In this document: piece by piece, positions 1 through 9,915 of the stretch
How positions within the stretch are numbered: the stretch's first letter is position 1
Layout of the letters: every line of letters begins with the position of its first letter
Source of the DNA: Kiritimatiellia bacterium
GTDB taxonomy: Bacteria; Verrucomicrobiota; Kiritimatiellia; RFP12; JBMNHG01
Assembly (NCBI GenBank): GCA_050950285.1
Contig: JBMNHG010000002.1
Span: 312,296-376,295, forward strand
Length of the DNA: 64,000 nucleotides
Reading direction: 5' to 3'
Translations under genes and position numbers: made by a program
Notes under the pieces: model-generated
What the model was told of the DNA's origin: nothing
What the model saw: only the letters and a program-made list of their open reading frames with translations
Database searches by the model: none

Positions 1-1730
1 TCCATGCCGTAGGGGAAGTCATGCGCCCGGTAGTTCCGCACGCGGGAGCGGTAGAGCGAATAATTGCGCGGATAGTGCAGGAAAATCCACGGGCAATCCT
101 CGCGGACGATGCGGTCGAGTTCGGCGTAGAGGGCGTAGCGCTTCGCATCGTCGGTCTCCACCATGGCGGCCTCGAAGAGACGGTCGAACTCCGGGTTCGC
201 GTAGTTGCACCGATTGGGTCCGGGCGAGGCGCTGGGCCCGTAGAAGAGCTGGAGGAAGTTCTCGGCATCGGGATAGTCGCCGACCCATCCGATGCGGAAC
301 ATCTGGCTTTCACGGCGGCTGAGCTTCCGGAGAAAGGCGGGCCAGTTGTGATATTCCGCCTTGAGTTCGATGCCGATCCGGTCGAAGAAGGCGGCAAGGA
401 GTTCGGTGGACTCCCGCATGTCCTGGGTGGTGCGCCCGAGGTCGAGCGTGAGCGAAAGGCGCCGCCCGGTCGCGGGGTCGCGTCCTTCCGGGTAGCCGGC
501 CTCGGCGAGGAGCTCCCGCGCCCGCCCGAGGCGTTGTTCCGCCGGAAGGTCTCTCGGGGACGGCAGATCGGCGCGTCCGGCCACGGCGAGGGGGATGGGG
601 CCGTCCGCCATCGTGACGCGCCGGTTGTAGAACTCCACCCAGCGCGTGGCATCCACCGCCAGGTTGAGCGCCTGGCGGAGCGGCTTGTTCGGACCCAGCA
701 CGGGATCGTCCATGTTGAGGCCGATGTAGGCCACCTCGAGCGTTTCCATGGACGTCAACCGGATGCCTGCCGCCTCGAGCCCGGGGCTGAGACCGCCGGA
801 AGGATCGAAGACGACGTCCCAGTTGTCGCGGCCGATTTCGCCTTGGAAGTCGAGTTCGCCCGCCAGAAACGAGAGCCATTGCGTCGAGGCGTCGTCCATC
901 ACGAGGAAGAGGATCCGGTCGAACGGCGGGCCGTCGTCCGGAGCGCCGGGGGCGCGATTCCAGCGTGGCCAGTCCTGGTTCCGCTCGAACTCCATCACGT
1001 AGTTGCGCCGCCATCGGGAGAGGCGGTAGGGGCCGGAGCCCACGGGGTGCTCGGCGAAGGCGGAACCGTAGAAGGCGACCGCCTCGTGCGGGACGATGGA
1101 CGCATACGCCATGGCCAGGATCCAGAGGAACTGCGGGCAGGGGCGTTCGAGCGTGATGCGCAGGGTGTGGGCGTCCAGCGCCTCGACACCGTCCCACGGG
1201 ATGTCCATGGCGTCCGGCGCGCCGGGGGCGGCGGTGCGCTCGCGGAAGGCCTCGACGCCGCGGATGCGGTTCTGGATCGTCCAGTATCCCGGAGAGGCGA
1301 GGCGGGCGTCCGCCAGGCGACGGAAGGAGTAGACGGCGTCGAAGGCGGTGACCGGGCGGGAAAGCGGCGCGCCGTTTTTGTCCGTCCCGAAGCAGGGGTC
1401 TGCCGCGAAACGGGCCTCCGGATCAAGCCGGAAGAGGTAGGACAGCCCGTCTTCCGATACGTCCGGCAGGGCGGCAAGGCCGGGGGCGAGGCGGTAGGGG
1501 CGCGCCTCGTACTCGTACTCCAGCAGGCATTCGTAGACCAGCCCGACCACGCGCGCGGCCCCGGCGGAGGAGGCCGTCACGGGATCCATGCCGGGCACGC
1601 GTTCGATCGTCCGCCGGAAGGTGCGGGGGGGGGCGGCCGCCAGGCCGGGCGAGGCCGGGGGAAAGACAAAAAGGGCCGCCAGCGGAAGCATGGCGGCCGC
1701 AAGGGGGCGAAGCCGAAGGGCGTCGTGCAT
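1..1730 (-). CDS. ABC transporter substrate-binding protein, family 5 (OppA/DppA-like); runs off the left edge
   Basis: Not in the ORF track because it has no stop in the window. Manual translation from ATG 1730 gives MHDALRLRPLAAAMLPLAALFVF (signal-like) ...DPVTASSAGAARVVGLVYECLLEYEYEARPY... PVGSGPYRL; the frame is consistent at both ends. Starts 1 nt after the secG stop. Confidence 0.85.
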   Translation of the reverse strand, partial: MHDALRLRPLAAAMLPLAALFVFPPASPGLAAAPPRTFRRTIERVPGMDPVTASSAGAARVVGLVYECLLEYEYEARPYRLAPGLAALPDVSEDGLSYLFRLDPEARFAADPCFGTDKNGAPLSRPVTAFDAVYSFRRLADARLASPGYWTIQNRIRGVEAFRERTAAPGAPDAMDIPWDGVEALDAHTLRITLERPCPQFLWILAMAYASIVPHEAVAFYGSAFAEHPVGSGPYRLSRWRRNYVMEFERNQDWPRWNRAPGAPDDGPPFDRILFLVMDDASTQWLSFLAGELDFQGEIGRDNWDVVFDPSGGLSPGLEAAGIRLTSMETLEVAYIGLNMDDPVLGPNKPLRQALNLAVDATRWVEFYNRRVTMADGPIPLAVAGRADLPSPRDLPAEQRLGRARELLAEAGYPEGRDPATGRRLSLTLDLGRTTQDMRESTELLAAFFDRIGIELKAEYHNWPAFLRKLSRRESQMFRIGWVGDYPDAENFLQLFYGPSASPGPNRCNYANPEFDRLFEAAMVETDDAKRYALYAELDRIVREDCPWIFLHYPRNYSLYRSRVRNYRAHDFPYGM

Positions 1731-1731
1731 C

Positions 1732-2154
1732 CTACTCTTCCGCGGCGGGCGCTTCCGGGGCGGGAACGTCGGCGGCGGGAGCGGCGGCGGGAGCGGCGGC
1801 GGGCAGGCCTCCTTCTTCGGCCAGGTCCAGCACGTCGCTGGCGATCGGGGCGGCCTCTTGCGGGACGGGGATGGCCTCTCGCACCGGCTGGGGCGCGGGC
1901 GCCCTGCGGCGCACCGTGCCCTTGTGGGACATCGAGTAGGACAGGATGAGCGTGATGGCCAGGAAGAGCGTTCCAAGGACGACGGTGGCCTTGGTGAGCA
2001 CGTTGCCCATCTGCGCGCCGAAGATGGCATCGCCGCTTCCGCCGAATGCCGCGCCCATGCCGCTGCCGTCGTTGCGTTGGAGGAGAATGACGCCGATGAG
2101 CAGCAGGCAGACAATCACGTCGAGGATGACGAGGATGATTTGAATCGCGGGCAT
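1732..2154 (-). CDS. secG: Preprotein translocase subunit SecG
   Basis: C-terminal part of ORF 1732..4632: MPAIQIILVILDVIVCLLLIGVILLQRNDGSGMGAAFGGSGDAIFGAQMGNVLTKATVVLGTLFL. Classic tpiA-secG order. Confidence 0.93.
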   Translation of the reverse strand: MPAIQIILVILDVIVCLLLIGVILLQRNDGSGMGAAFGGSGDAIFGAQMGNVLTKATVVLGTLFLAITLILSYSMSHKGTVRRRAPAPQPVREAIPVPQEAAPIASDVLDLAEEGGLPAAAPAAAPAADVPAPEAPAAEE

Positions 2155-2207
2155 GGAAGAATCTCCTGAAGTGTGGACGTGGAGGGAAAACGGGGGACAG
2201 CGTGCCG

Positions 2208-2972
2208 TCAGAAGCCGGCGCGGACGATGCTTGCGAAGGAGTCGGCCTGGAGCGAGGCTCCGCCGATGAGGCCGCCGTCGATGTCCGGCTTGGCCATGAG
2301 CTCGGCGGCATTGCCGGGCTTCATGCTGCCGCCGTACTGGATGCGGGTCGAATCCGCGCGGCGTCCGCAGGCGCCGGGAAGGGCGGCGAGGGTCTTGCGG
2401 ATGAGGGCGTGGACTTCTTCGGCCTGGTCGGGGGTGGCCGTGCGGCCGGTGCCGATCGCCCAGACGGGCTCGTACGCAATCACGAGCTTCCCGAGGTCGC
2501 CGCCGAGATCCCGGAGGCCCTCGTTGATCTGGCGCACGATCACCTCCTCGACCTCGCCGGCGTCGCGCTCGTCGAGCGTCTCGCCAACGCAGACGATGGG
2601 GACGAGGCCCGCCGCGAGGGCGGCCTTCGCGCGCCGGTTCACGGTGGCGTCGGTTTCGCCGAAGTACTGGCGCCGCTCGCTGTGGCCGACGATCACGTGC
2701 GTCACGCCGAGATCCGTGAGCATGGCGGCGGAGATTTCGCCGGTGTAGGCGCCGGATTCGGCCCAGTGGACGTTCTGGGCGCCGAGGGCGACCGAGCCGC
2801 ATCCCTGGAGGGCGTCGGCGGCGTCGCGGAGATCCGTGGCGGGCGGGCAGACCACCACCTCGACGGGAAGGGCGGCATCGCCGAGTTCCCTGCGGATGGC
2901 GGCGACAAGTTCCCGCGCCTCGGTCGCGTTCTTGTTCATCTTCCAGTTGCCGGCGATGATTTTCCTGCGCAT
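2208..2972 (-). CDS. tpiA: Triosephosphate isomerase
   Basis: IAGNWKMN, GAYTGEIS, VGHSERR, AYEPVWAIGTG, YGGS and IGGASL motifs. Confidence 0.98.
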   Translation of the reverse strand: MRRKIIAGNWKMNKNATEARELVAAIRRELGDAALPVEVVVCPPATDLRDAADALQGCGSVALGAQNVHWAESGAYTGEISAAMLTDLGVTHVIVGHSERRQYFGETDATVNRRAKAALAAGLVPIVCVGETLDERDAGEVEEVIVRQINEGLRDLGGDLGKLVIAYEPVWAIGTGRTATPDQAEEVHALIRKTLAALPGACGRRADSTRIQYGGSMKPGNAAELMAKPDIDGGLIGGASLQADSFASIVRAGF

Positions 2973-3050
2973 GTGAAAAGAGTCCTTGGACAAGAGTGTC
3001 GGTAAAAACCATAAGTATTGCACCCAACCCCCGCGAAAGCAAGTCCGACG

Positions 3051-3078
3051 TTGCATCTTTCGCGATCGCGGCTAGAAT
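3051..3078 (+). promoter_or_regulatory. Putative sigma70 promoter
   Basis: TTGCAT-N16-TAGAAT, 9 nt upstream of ATG 3088. Confidence 0.45.
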
Positions 3079-3087
3079 GCCCGCATC

Positions 3088-4782
3088 ATGACAACACCCG
3101 CAGGCCATCCCGACACCCCCGTTCCGTTCCCCCTGAACGAAGGGCGCACCATCCACTTCGCGAACCCCCTCCCCGCCATGAGCCTGGACCCGGCCTCGGG
3201 CCATGACACCGGAACCTACAACAACTGGGAAATCGCCTGCCCCGGCCTGATGACGACGCGGGATCCCGACCTCGGCATCATGCTCTACCAGTTGCGCAAG
3301 TGCATCCGGGACGACCGCCGCCTCGTCTTCGTCGACGGCCGCGTGCTGACGTGCTCGCTCAACTGGATCCGCGACCACGTCCACCAGTCGAAGGGCTTCT
3401 GCCACTGGGAGCACGACATGCGCTCCTTCTTCGACTTCATCCTCGATACGCAGCGCGCCGACGGCCAGTTCTACGAGCTGCTCAAGCAGGAGGACGACTG
3501 CCATTGGCAACTCGTCACCCCCGACTGCGTCGTCAAGTACCCCGCCGACAACCAGACGCTCGTGCGTCTCGAGCTCGAGGCCGACATCGAGTACCTGATG
3601 GTCGAGGGCGCGCTGCAAATCTGGCGCGTGGAGGGCGACGACGAATGGCTGCGCCGCGCGCTGCCGCGCCTCGAGAAGGGCATCGGCTACATCACGAGCG
3701 ACCCCAAGCGCTGGGACGCCGCCCGCGGTCTCGCGAAGCGCCCCTTCACCATCGACACCTGGGACTTCGTTCACGAGCCCCCGCGCCCCTACGAGCGCAA
3801 GATCATGCCCGACAGCCCGATGTCGATCATGCACGGCGACAACTCGGGCCTCTGCCAGGCCATGATGCAGCTCGCCTTCATGAACGAACGCTTCGGCAAC
3901 GATGCCAGGGCCGAGGAGTGGCGCGGGCGTGCCGCCGCCGTCCGCGACAACATGATGAAGCACCTCTGGAACGGCACCTTCTTCCGCCACCAGCTGCACC
4001 TCGGCCACAAGGGCCTCGACGACCTCGAGGCGGAGCGCCTCTCGCTCTCCAACGCCTACGCCCTCAACCGCGGCCTGCTCTCGCGCACCGAGTGCCGCGC
4101 CATCATCGGGGAGTACATGCGCCGCCGCAGGACCTCCGGCTGCTTCGCCGAGTGGTTCTCCATCGACCCGCCTTACGCCGGCGGCTTCTGCTCCAACAAG
4201 CCGGGCCACTACGTCAACGGCGGCATCTCCCCCTTCACGGCGGGCGAGCTCGCCAAGGGCGCCTTCCGGAACGGCTTCGAGGAATACGGCTGGGACATCG
4301 TCCGGCGCCTCATGGAGATGATGAAGCGCGACGGCACGATCTACTTCCTCTACACGCCCGACGAGGCCAAACCGATGGGCGGCGGCCCCAGCGGATGGGG
4401 CGCCGCCGCCCTGCTGAGCGCCATCGACCAGGGACTCGCCGGCATCGTCGACGCGGCCTGCCGCTATGCCGAGATCGACTTCGCGCCGCGCTGGCCCGTC
4501 ACGGACTACACGGAACTGCGCTACGTCACCGGCTACGAGCGCTCCCGCGCCTTCGTCGACTGCCGCTACGTGCTCGCGGACGCCGGCATGCGCTACCGGC
4601 TCCAGTCGCCCGCGGTACGCGTCAACGCGCACCTGCTGCTCCCCAAGGGCCGCGACTGCCGCAAGCTCCTCGTCAACGGTGCGGAGACGCCCTTCAAGGT
4701 CGTGAAGGTCGGCTCCTCGCGCTACGTCGACGCCTCCGTCGGCGCACGCGGCGTGGTCGACTTCGAAGCGCTCTTCGGCTAG
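3088..4782 (+). CDS. Putative (alpha/alpha)6-barrel glycoside hydrolase-like protein, no signal peptide
   Basis: 564 aa with coding-like codon bias. WIRDH, EADIEY, DDEWLRRALPRLEK and PGHYVNGGISPF motifs resemble six-hairpin glycosidases. Confidence 0.6.
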   Translation: MTTPAGHPDTPVPFPLNEGRTIHFANPLPAMSLDPASGHDTGTYNNWEIACPGLMTTRDPDLGIMLYQLRKCIRDDRRLVFVDGRVLTCSLNWIRDHVHQSKGFCHWEHDMRSFFDFILDTQRADGQFYELLKQEDDCHWQLVTPDCVVKYPADNQTLVRLELEADIEYLMVEGALQIWRVEGDDEWLRRALPRLEKGIGYITSDPKRWDAARGLAKRPFTIDTWDFVHEPPRPYERKIMPDSPMSIMHGDNSGLCQAMMQLAFMNERFGNDARAEEWRGRAAAVRDNMMKHLWNGTFFRHQLHLGHKGLDDLEAERLSLSNAYALNRGLLSRTECRAIIGEYMRRRRTSGCFAEWFSIDPPYAGGFCSNKPGHYVNGGISPFTAGELAKGAFRNGFEEYGWDIVRRLMEMMKRDGTIYFLYTPDEAKPMGGGPSGWGAAALLSAIDQGLAGIVDAACRYAEIDFAPRWPVTDYTELRYVTGYERSRAFVDCRYVLADAGMRYRLQSPAVRVNAHLLLPKGRDCRKLLVNGAETPFKVVKVGSSRYVDASVGARGVVDFEALFG

Positions 4783-5212
4783 GCATCGCGCTACCGCCGC
4801 CGGCCCAGCAAAAACGCTCCAACCAGCGCGCCGACACAGCCTGCGCCAATCAGGGCCCGCACCCAGAACGGCTTGCCTGCCCTCGCCGTGGAACTCGTCC
4901 CTGTCGGCCAGCCGTCGGCTCTGGCGCGGACAGGATTGCCGCAGACAGGAAAAGACGGTTCATCGTACGCATGGGTTGTTCCTCTCGTTCCCTATACGTG
5001 CCAAGAGGCGCGTTTCTTACGCCGGTGATGGCGACTGTAGCGCATGATGCGTGCGGCACGCAAGCCGTAACCGGCGACGAAAGAATCTGGACATCGAAAG
5101 GCCGTCGCGGTACGCTTGCCGACGAATAGGGGCGATGGCGCCCAACAGGGTGCTCCTGTCGGGAAGATCGACGATGTCCTGTTTCACCACGCATTCGCGG
5201 GAGGGCTGCGAG

Positions 5213-5310
5213 ATGACCGCATTGACCGCATTGACCGGTTTGACCCGGTTGACGGAACGTGGCAGCGCTCGGATGCCTTCGCCGTCAATCGGGTCAATAA
5301 GGTCAACCCG
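5213..5310. repeat. Inverted array of 9-bp TTGAC-core repeats
   Basis: Left arm atgaccgca-ttgaccgca-ttgaccggt-ttgacccgg-ttgacggaa, then a spacer of about 25 nt, then right arm ccgtcaa-tcgggtcaa-taaggtcaa. Confidence 0.8.
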
Positions 5311-5327
5311 GTTCCCAGATTTTCCCC

Positions 5328-5385
5328 TTGCAGATTTTGCGCGGTTGTGCAACAATTTGCACGTTCTTGATTTTTTTGCGATCAA
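5328..5385 (+). promoter_or_regulatory. Putative DeoR operator/promoter region
   Basis: AT-rich. TGC/TGA recurs about every 10 bp, and there is a palindrome GTGCAAcaatTTGCAC directly upstream of the DeoR ATG. Confidence 0.55.
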
Positions 5386-6168
5386 ATGAACGGCGAAACC
5401 TCCAATTCCAGCCTGGCCATCGAGCGGCAGGAGCGCATCCGTGCGCGCCTGCAGGCGCAGCATGTCGTGCGCGTCGATGAGTTGGCCGGCTGGCTGCATG
5501 TCTCGCCCGCCACGATCCGCCGCGACCTGGACAAGCTCGAGCAGCAGGGCCGTCTGCGCCGCGTGCATGGCGGCGCAACCGAGTTGCAGAAGCCGCACGA
5601 TGAGCTGCTCTTCGACGCCAAGACCTCCATCGCCGCGCGCGAGAAGCAGGCCATCGCCGAGGCGGCCCTCTCGCTGATAGAGCCCACCGACACCGTCTTC
5701 CTGGACGGCGGCAGCACCATCCTCGCCCTGGCGCAACTGCTCGTCCCCATGACGCAACTGACGGTCGTGACCAACTCGCTGCGCGTGGCCCACCTCCTCA
5801 GCAGCAGCGGGCCGCGCATGATCCTCACCGGCGGCGAGTGCCGCCGCCTCAGCCAGACGTTTGTAGGCCCCCTCTCGCGCCCGGTGCTCGAGCGCGTGCA
5901 GTTGGACTGGGCCTTCATGGGCTCGATCGGCGTCTCGGTCGAGAGCGGCCTGACAACGACCGACCCCAACGAGGCCTTCACCAAGGAGCTCGCCATCTCG
6001 CGCGCGCGGCAGGTGGCCCTGCTGGCCGATAGCAGCAAGTTCGGCAAGTCCAGCTTTGTCCGCTTCGGGGAGTTCACCTCCCTCTCGCACCTGATCACCG
6101 ACGCGGCCGCCCCGGCCGACCAAATCAAGGCCTTGCGCCGGGCCGGCGTCACAGTACTGACTGTCTAA
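5386..6168 (+). CDS. DeoR/GlpR family transcriptional regulator
   Basis: HTH VSPATIRRDL...RVHGGA; FLDGGST, VTNS and ADSSKFG motifs. Confidence 0.95.
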   Translation: MNGETSNSSLAIERQERIRARLQAQHVVRVDELAGWLHVSPATIRRDLDKLEQQGRLRRVHGGATELQKPHDELLFDAKTSIAAREKQAIAEAALSLIEPTDTVFLDGGSTILALAQLLVPMTQLTVVTNSLRVAHLLSSSGPRMILTGGECRRLSQTFVGPLSRPVLERVQLDWAFMGSIGVSVESGLTTTDPNEAFTKELAISRARQVALLADSSKFGKSSFVRFGEFTSLSHLITDAAAPADQIKALRRAGVTVLTV

Positions 6169-6214
6169 CCCAACACACACGGAGAACCCTTCACACGACA
6201 ACCCCAGGAACACC

Positions 6215-8515
6215 ATGAGCAACACCACCTACTTCAGCACGCTGCAACCCTCGTTCAAGCCGCGGAACATCTCCTGCGGCAAGATCCCCGCCTACACCTA
6301 CAAGAAGGATCTCAAGACCGAGATCGCCGACGGCAACCTGACCGCGCAGCAGGCCGTGGACCTCTACGAGGACATGCTGACGATCCGCGAGTTCGAGGAG
6401 ATGATCGTCAAGCTGCGCTCGGGTGCCTATCCCTCCTGCGCGGGATTTGACTACCGCGGCCCGACCCACGTCTCGATCGGCCAGGAGGCCACCGCCGTGG
6501 GCTGCTGCGCCGGCATGAACTACGACGACAACATCACCTCGACCCACCGCGGCCACGGCGACTCGCTGGCCAAGGGCTGCGCCGCCATCCGCGGCATGAG
6601 CGTCGAGGAGCTCCGCGCGCGCCTGCCCTGGGAGACGAGCGACAAGCGCAAGGACCTCGTCGAGGCCGGACTTGAGGATCACGTGTACCGCGCCATTGCC
6701 GAGCTCTTCGGCAAGGAAGACGGCTACTGCAAGGGCCGCGGCGGCGGCATGCATATCGCCGACTTCCGCGTCGGCCACCTCGGCGCCAACGCCATCGTCG
6801 GCGGCGGCGTGCCGATCGCCACCGGCGCCGCCATGAGCGCCCGCTATTTCCGCGATGGCAAGGTAACCTGCTGCTTCGCCGGCGACGGCGCCTACAACAA
6901 CGGCGTGGTCATGGAGTCGCTCAACTGGGCCGCCATGGGGCAGTTCACCGATCCCGACTACGCCGGCGAGCACGGCTTCGGGCTCCCGATCGTCTACGCC
7001 CTGATCAACAACCACTACGGCATGACGGGCCGCGCCGACCGCGAGGTCACCGGCATCGACTTCATGGCGCGCCGCGCTGCGGGCTTCGCCGACAACAACC
7101 TCAACGCCGAGGTCGTCAACGGCATGGACATCCTGGCCTGCCTCGACGCCATGCGCCGCGCGGCGGAGAAGTGCCGCAAGGGCGAGGGCCCCGTCCTAAT
7201 CGAGTTCGACACCTACCGCTACTACGGCCACTCCCTCAGCGATCCGCGCACCGAGTACCGCACCAAGGACGAGGAGGCCGCCTGGCGCGCCCTCGATCCG
7301 CTGGTCACCTTCGAGAAGCAGTTGCTCGAGGCCGGCGCCATCACCGCCAGGAAGCTCGCGGCCCTGAAGGAGCGCGTGGCCGACCGCAACGCCCGCGCCG
7401 CCGCCCGCGCCGCCGCCGCCGCCGATCCCGATCCGCGCGACGTGATCAAGTACATGTACACCGACACCACCGCCGAGGTGGTTCCCGAGGCCGCCGCCAA
7501 GACCGAACTGCTGGGCGAGCTCCCGGCCATCAAGCGCGGCGACAACAACGAGCTCACCTACAAGGACGCCATCAAGGAGGCGCTGGTCGAGGAGATGCAG
7601 CGCGACAACCGCGTCGTGCTCTACGGCGAGGACATCGCCGAGTACGGCGGGGCCTTCAAGGTCACCAAGGGCCTGATCGAGGCCTTCGGCCGCCAGCGCG
7701 TCTTCAACTCGCCGATCTCCGAGGCCGCCATCTGCGGCACGGCCGTCGGCGCCTCGATGACCGGCCTGCGCCCCGTCGTCGAGCTGATGTACATGGACTT
7801 CGCCCTGATGGCCTCCGACCAGATCGCCAACCAGGCCGGCAAGTGGCATTACATGTCGGGTGCGACGGTCGAGGTGCCGCTGGTCATCCGCGCCAGCGTG
7901 GGCGGCGGCAAGGGCTACGGCGGGCAGCACTCGCAGACGCTCGAGTCGGTGTTCGCCCACATCCCCGGCCTCTACGTGGTCTATCCCGCCACCCCGGCCG
8001 ACGCCAAGGGCATGCTGAAGACCGCCATCCGCGACAACAACCCGATCCTCTTCGTCGAGTCGCAGTTGCTCTACAACATGAAGGGCGTGGTGCCCGAGGG
8101 CGAGCATCTGATCCCGCTCGGCGTGGCCGATGTCAAGCGCGCCGGCAACGACGTGACCATCGTCACCTGGGGCCCGGCCCTGCACGACTGCCTCAAGGCC
8201 GCCGAGACGCTGGCCGCCGAGGGACACTCGGCCGAGGTCATTGATCTGCGCTCGCTGGTGCCGCTCGACATGGAGACCGTCCTCGCCTCCGTCCGCAAGA
8301 CGGGACGCTGCGTGGTGGTCAGCCAGGCCGTCAACATCGGCAGCTTCACCGGCGAGATCGCCTCGCGCATCATGGCCGAGGCCTTCGACTTCCTCGACGC
8401 CCCCGTGCTGCGTGTCGGTGCCAAGGACGGCATCGCGCCGCAGTCCCACGTGCTTGAACAGGCGTTCCTGCCCAACGCCGGCGACATCGTCGCCGCCTGC
8501 AAGGAGATTCTCTAA
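6215..8515 (+). CDS. TPP-dependent 2-oxoacid/acetoin dehydrogenase E1, fused alpha-beta subunits
   Basis: Alpha motifs GQEA, STHRGHG, CKGRGGGMH, GDGA...NN and YRYYGHS. Beta motifs GEDI, PISE, GGQHSQ and EVIDLRSLVPLD. Confidence 0.95.
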   Translation: MSNTTYFSTLQPSFKPRNISCGKIPAYTYKKDLKTEIADGNLTAQQAVDLYEDMLTIREFEEMIVKLRSGAYPSCAGFDYRGPTHVSIGQEATAVGCCAGMNYDDNITSTHRGHGDSLAKGCAAIRGMSVEELRARLPWETSDKRKDLVEAGLEDHVYRAIAELFGKEDGYCKGRGGGMHIADFRVGHLGANAIVGGGVPIATGAAMSARYFRDGKVTCCFAGDGAYNNGVVMESLNWAAMGQFTDPDYAGEHGFGLPIVYALINNHYGMTGRADREVTGIDFMARRAAGFADNNLNAEVVNGMDILACLDAMRRAAEKCRKGEGPVLIEFDTYRYYGHSLSDPRTEYRTKDEEAAWRALDPLVTFEKQLLEAGAITARKLAALKERVADRNARAAARAAAAADPDPRDVIKYMYTDTTAEVVPEAAAKTELLGELPAIKRGDNNELTYKDAIKEALVEEMQRDNRVVLYGEDIAEYGGAFKVTKGLIEAFGRQRVFNSPISEAAICGTAVGASMTGLRPVVELMYMDFALMASDQIANQAGKWHYMSGATVEVPLVIRASVGGGKGYGGQHSQTLESVFAHIPGLYVVYPATPADAKGMLKTAIRDNNPILFVESQLLYNMKGVVPEGEHLIPLGVADVKRAGNDVTIVTWGPALHDCLKAAETLAAEGHSAEVIDLRSLVPLDMETVLASVRKTGRCVVVSQAVNIGSFTGEIASRIMAEAFDFLDAPVLRVGAKDGIAPQSHVLEQAFLPNAGDIVAACKEIL

Positions 8516-9894
8516 TGGCTCAGACAATCATTTTCCCGAAACTGGGACAGACGATGGAGGAAGGCGCCATCGTCAAGTGGGTGAAGAACGAGGGTGATAC
8601 CGTCGCCAAGGGCGACATCCTCTTCGAGATCGAGACCGACAAGGCCAACCTCGAGGTCGAGAGCTTCTTCGAGGGCACGCTGATCAAGATCATCGTCCGC
8701 GAAGGCATCACCGTGCCGGTCAACACCGTGGTCGGCTACATCGGCGAGAAGGGCGAGAAGGTGCCCGACACCCCGCCGCCCGCCGCCGCCCCGGCTCCGG
8801 CGGCCAAGGCCGACGCCCCGGCCGCCGAGAAGCCCGCCGCCCCGGCGGCTCCGCCCCGTGCGGTCGCTCCGGCAGCTCCGGCAGCCCCGGCACCCGCCGC
8901 AGCCCCGGCGCCGCTTCCGGTACCGGCTCCGGCCGCACCGGCAGCGCCCGCCGCGAAGCTCGTCATCTCGCCACGCGCCAAGGCCCTCGCCCGCGACAAG
9001 GCCATCGATCCCTCGAAAGCCAAGGGGACCGGACCGAATGGGCGCATCACGTCGCGCGACGTCGAGGCCTACCTCGCCGCCTGTCGCTACGACGACCTCC
9101 GCGTGGCCCCCGCCGCCAAACGCCTCGCGCAGCTGCACGACATCGACCTGCTCTCCGTGCGCGGCTCCGGCGACGCCGGCCGCATCCTCGTGGCGGACGT
9201 CGAACGCGCCGTGCGCTGCAAGCCGCAGCCGATGTCCCGCATGCGCCAGGTGATCGCCCGCCGCCTCACCGAGAGCAAGCAGACCATCCCGCACTTCTAC
9301 GTGACGGTCAACGCGGACATGACCGACCTGTTCGCCTTCCGCGCCGAACTCAAGGCCCAGGGCGTGAAATACAGCGTCAACGACTTCATCCTCTCGGCCG
9401 TCGTGCAGTCGCTCGAGGCGTTCCCTCGCGTAAACAGCTGGACCGACGGGAAGGTCGTGGCCGAGCGCGGCGACGTCGATCTCGGCATCGCCGTGAGCGT
9501 CGAAAGCGGTCTCGTCGTGCCGGTCGTCCGTTCCGCGCAGCTCCTCTCGCTCGCCGAACTTTCCGCCCAGGCCAAGGCGCTGGCCGCCAAGGCCCGCGAC
9601 GGGAAGCTCCTTCCGGACGAAATGACCGGTTCCGGCTTCACGGTCTCGAACATGGGCATGATGGGCGTGGACCAGTTCCTGGCCATCATCAATCCCGGCG
9701 AGAGCGCGATTCTCGCGGTCTCCTCCACCCGCGAAAAGCCCGCGGTCGTCAACGGCGAAATCACGATCCGCCAGATCATGGCGATGACCCTCTCCGTGGA
9801 CCACCGCATCGTCGACGGCGCCCTCGGCGCGGAGTTCCTCAACGACGTCCGCGCCCGGCTCGAGAATGTCGAACTTTGGAAGGCGCTCGCCTGA
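8515..9894 (+). CDS. Dihydrolipoamide acyltransferase E2
   Basis: Lipoyl motif ETDKA, Ala/Pro linker, two subunit-binding domains, catalytic DHRIVDG. Confidence 0.95.
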   Translation: MAQTIIFPKLGQTMEEGAIVKWVKNEGDTVAKGDILFEIETDKANLEVESFFEGTLIKIIVREGITVPVNTVVGYIGEKGEKVPDTPPPAAAPAPAAKADAPAAEKPAAPAAPPRAVAPAAPAAPAPAAAPAPLPVPAPAAPAAPAAKLVISPRAKALARDKAIDPSKAKGTGPNGRITSRDVEAYLAACRYDDLRVAPAAKRLAQLHDIDLLSVRGSGDAGRILVADVERAVRCKPQPMSRMRQVIARRLTESKQTIPHFYVTVNADMTDLFAFRAELKAQGVKYSVNDFILSAVVQSLEAFPRVNSWTDGKVVAERGDVDLGIAVSVESGLVVPVVRSAQLLSLAELSAQAKALAAKARDGKLLPDEMTGSGFTVSNMGMMGVDQFLAIINPGESAILAVSSTREKPAVVNGEITIRQIMAMTLSVDHRIVDGALGAEFLNDVRARLENVELWKALA

Positions 9895-9915
9895 GCGTGG
9901 AAGAAAGGAAACACC

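Noticed and set aside
21..1949. 642-aa plus-strand ORF
   Set aside because: Shadow of the minus-strand solute-binding protein and secG.
4790..5200. Small ORFs (e.g. 4850..5194 minus, with a signal-like MNRLFLSAAILSA) in the spacer
   Set aside because: No convincing codon bias or motifs; at most a gene remnant.
5213..5310. Possible CRISPR array
   Set aside because: Units are 9 bp with no spacers, and no cas genes are present in the window.
8770..8955. Repetitive GC-rich tract in E2
   Set aside because: Ordinary Ala/Pro linker of dihydrolipoamide acyltransferases.
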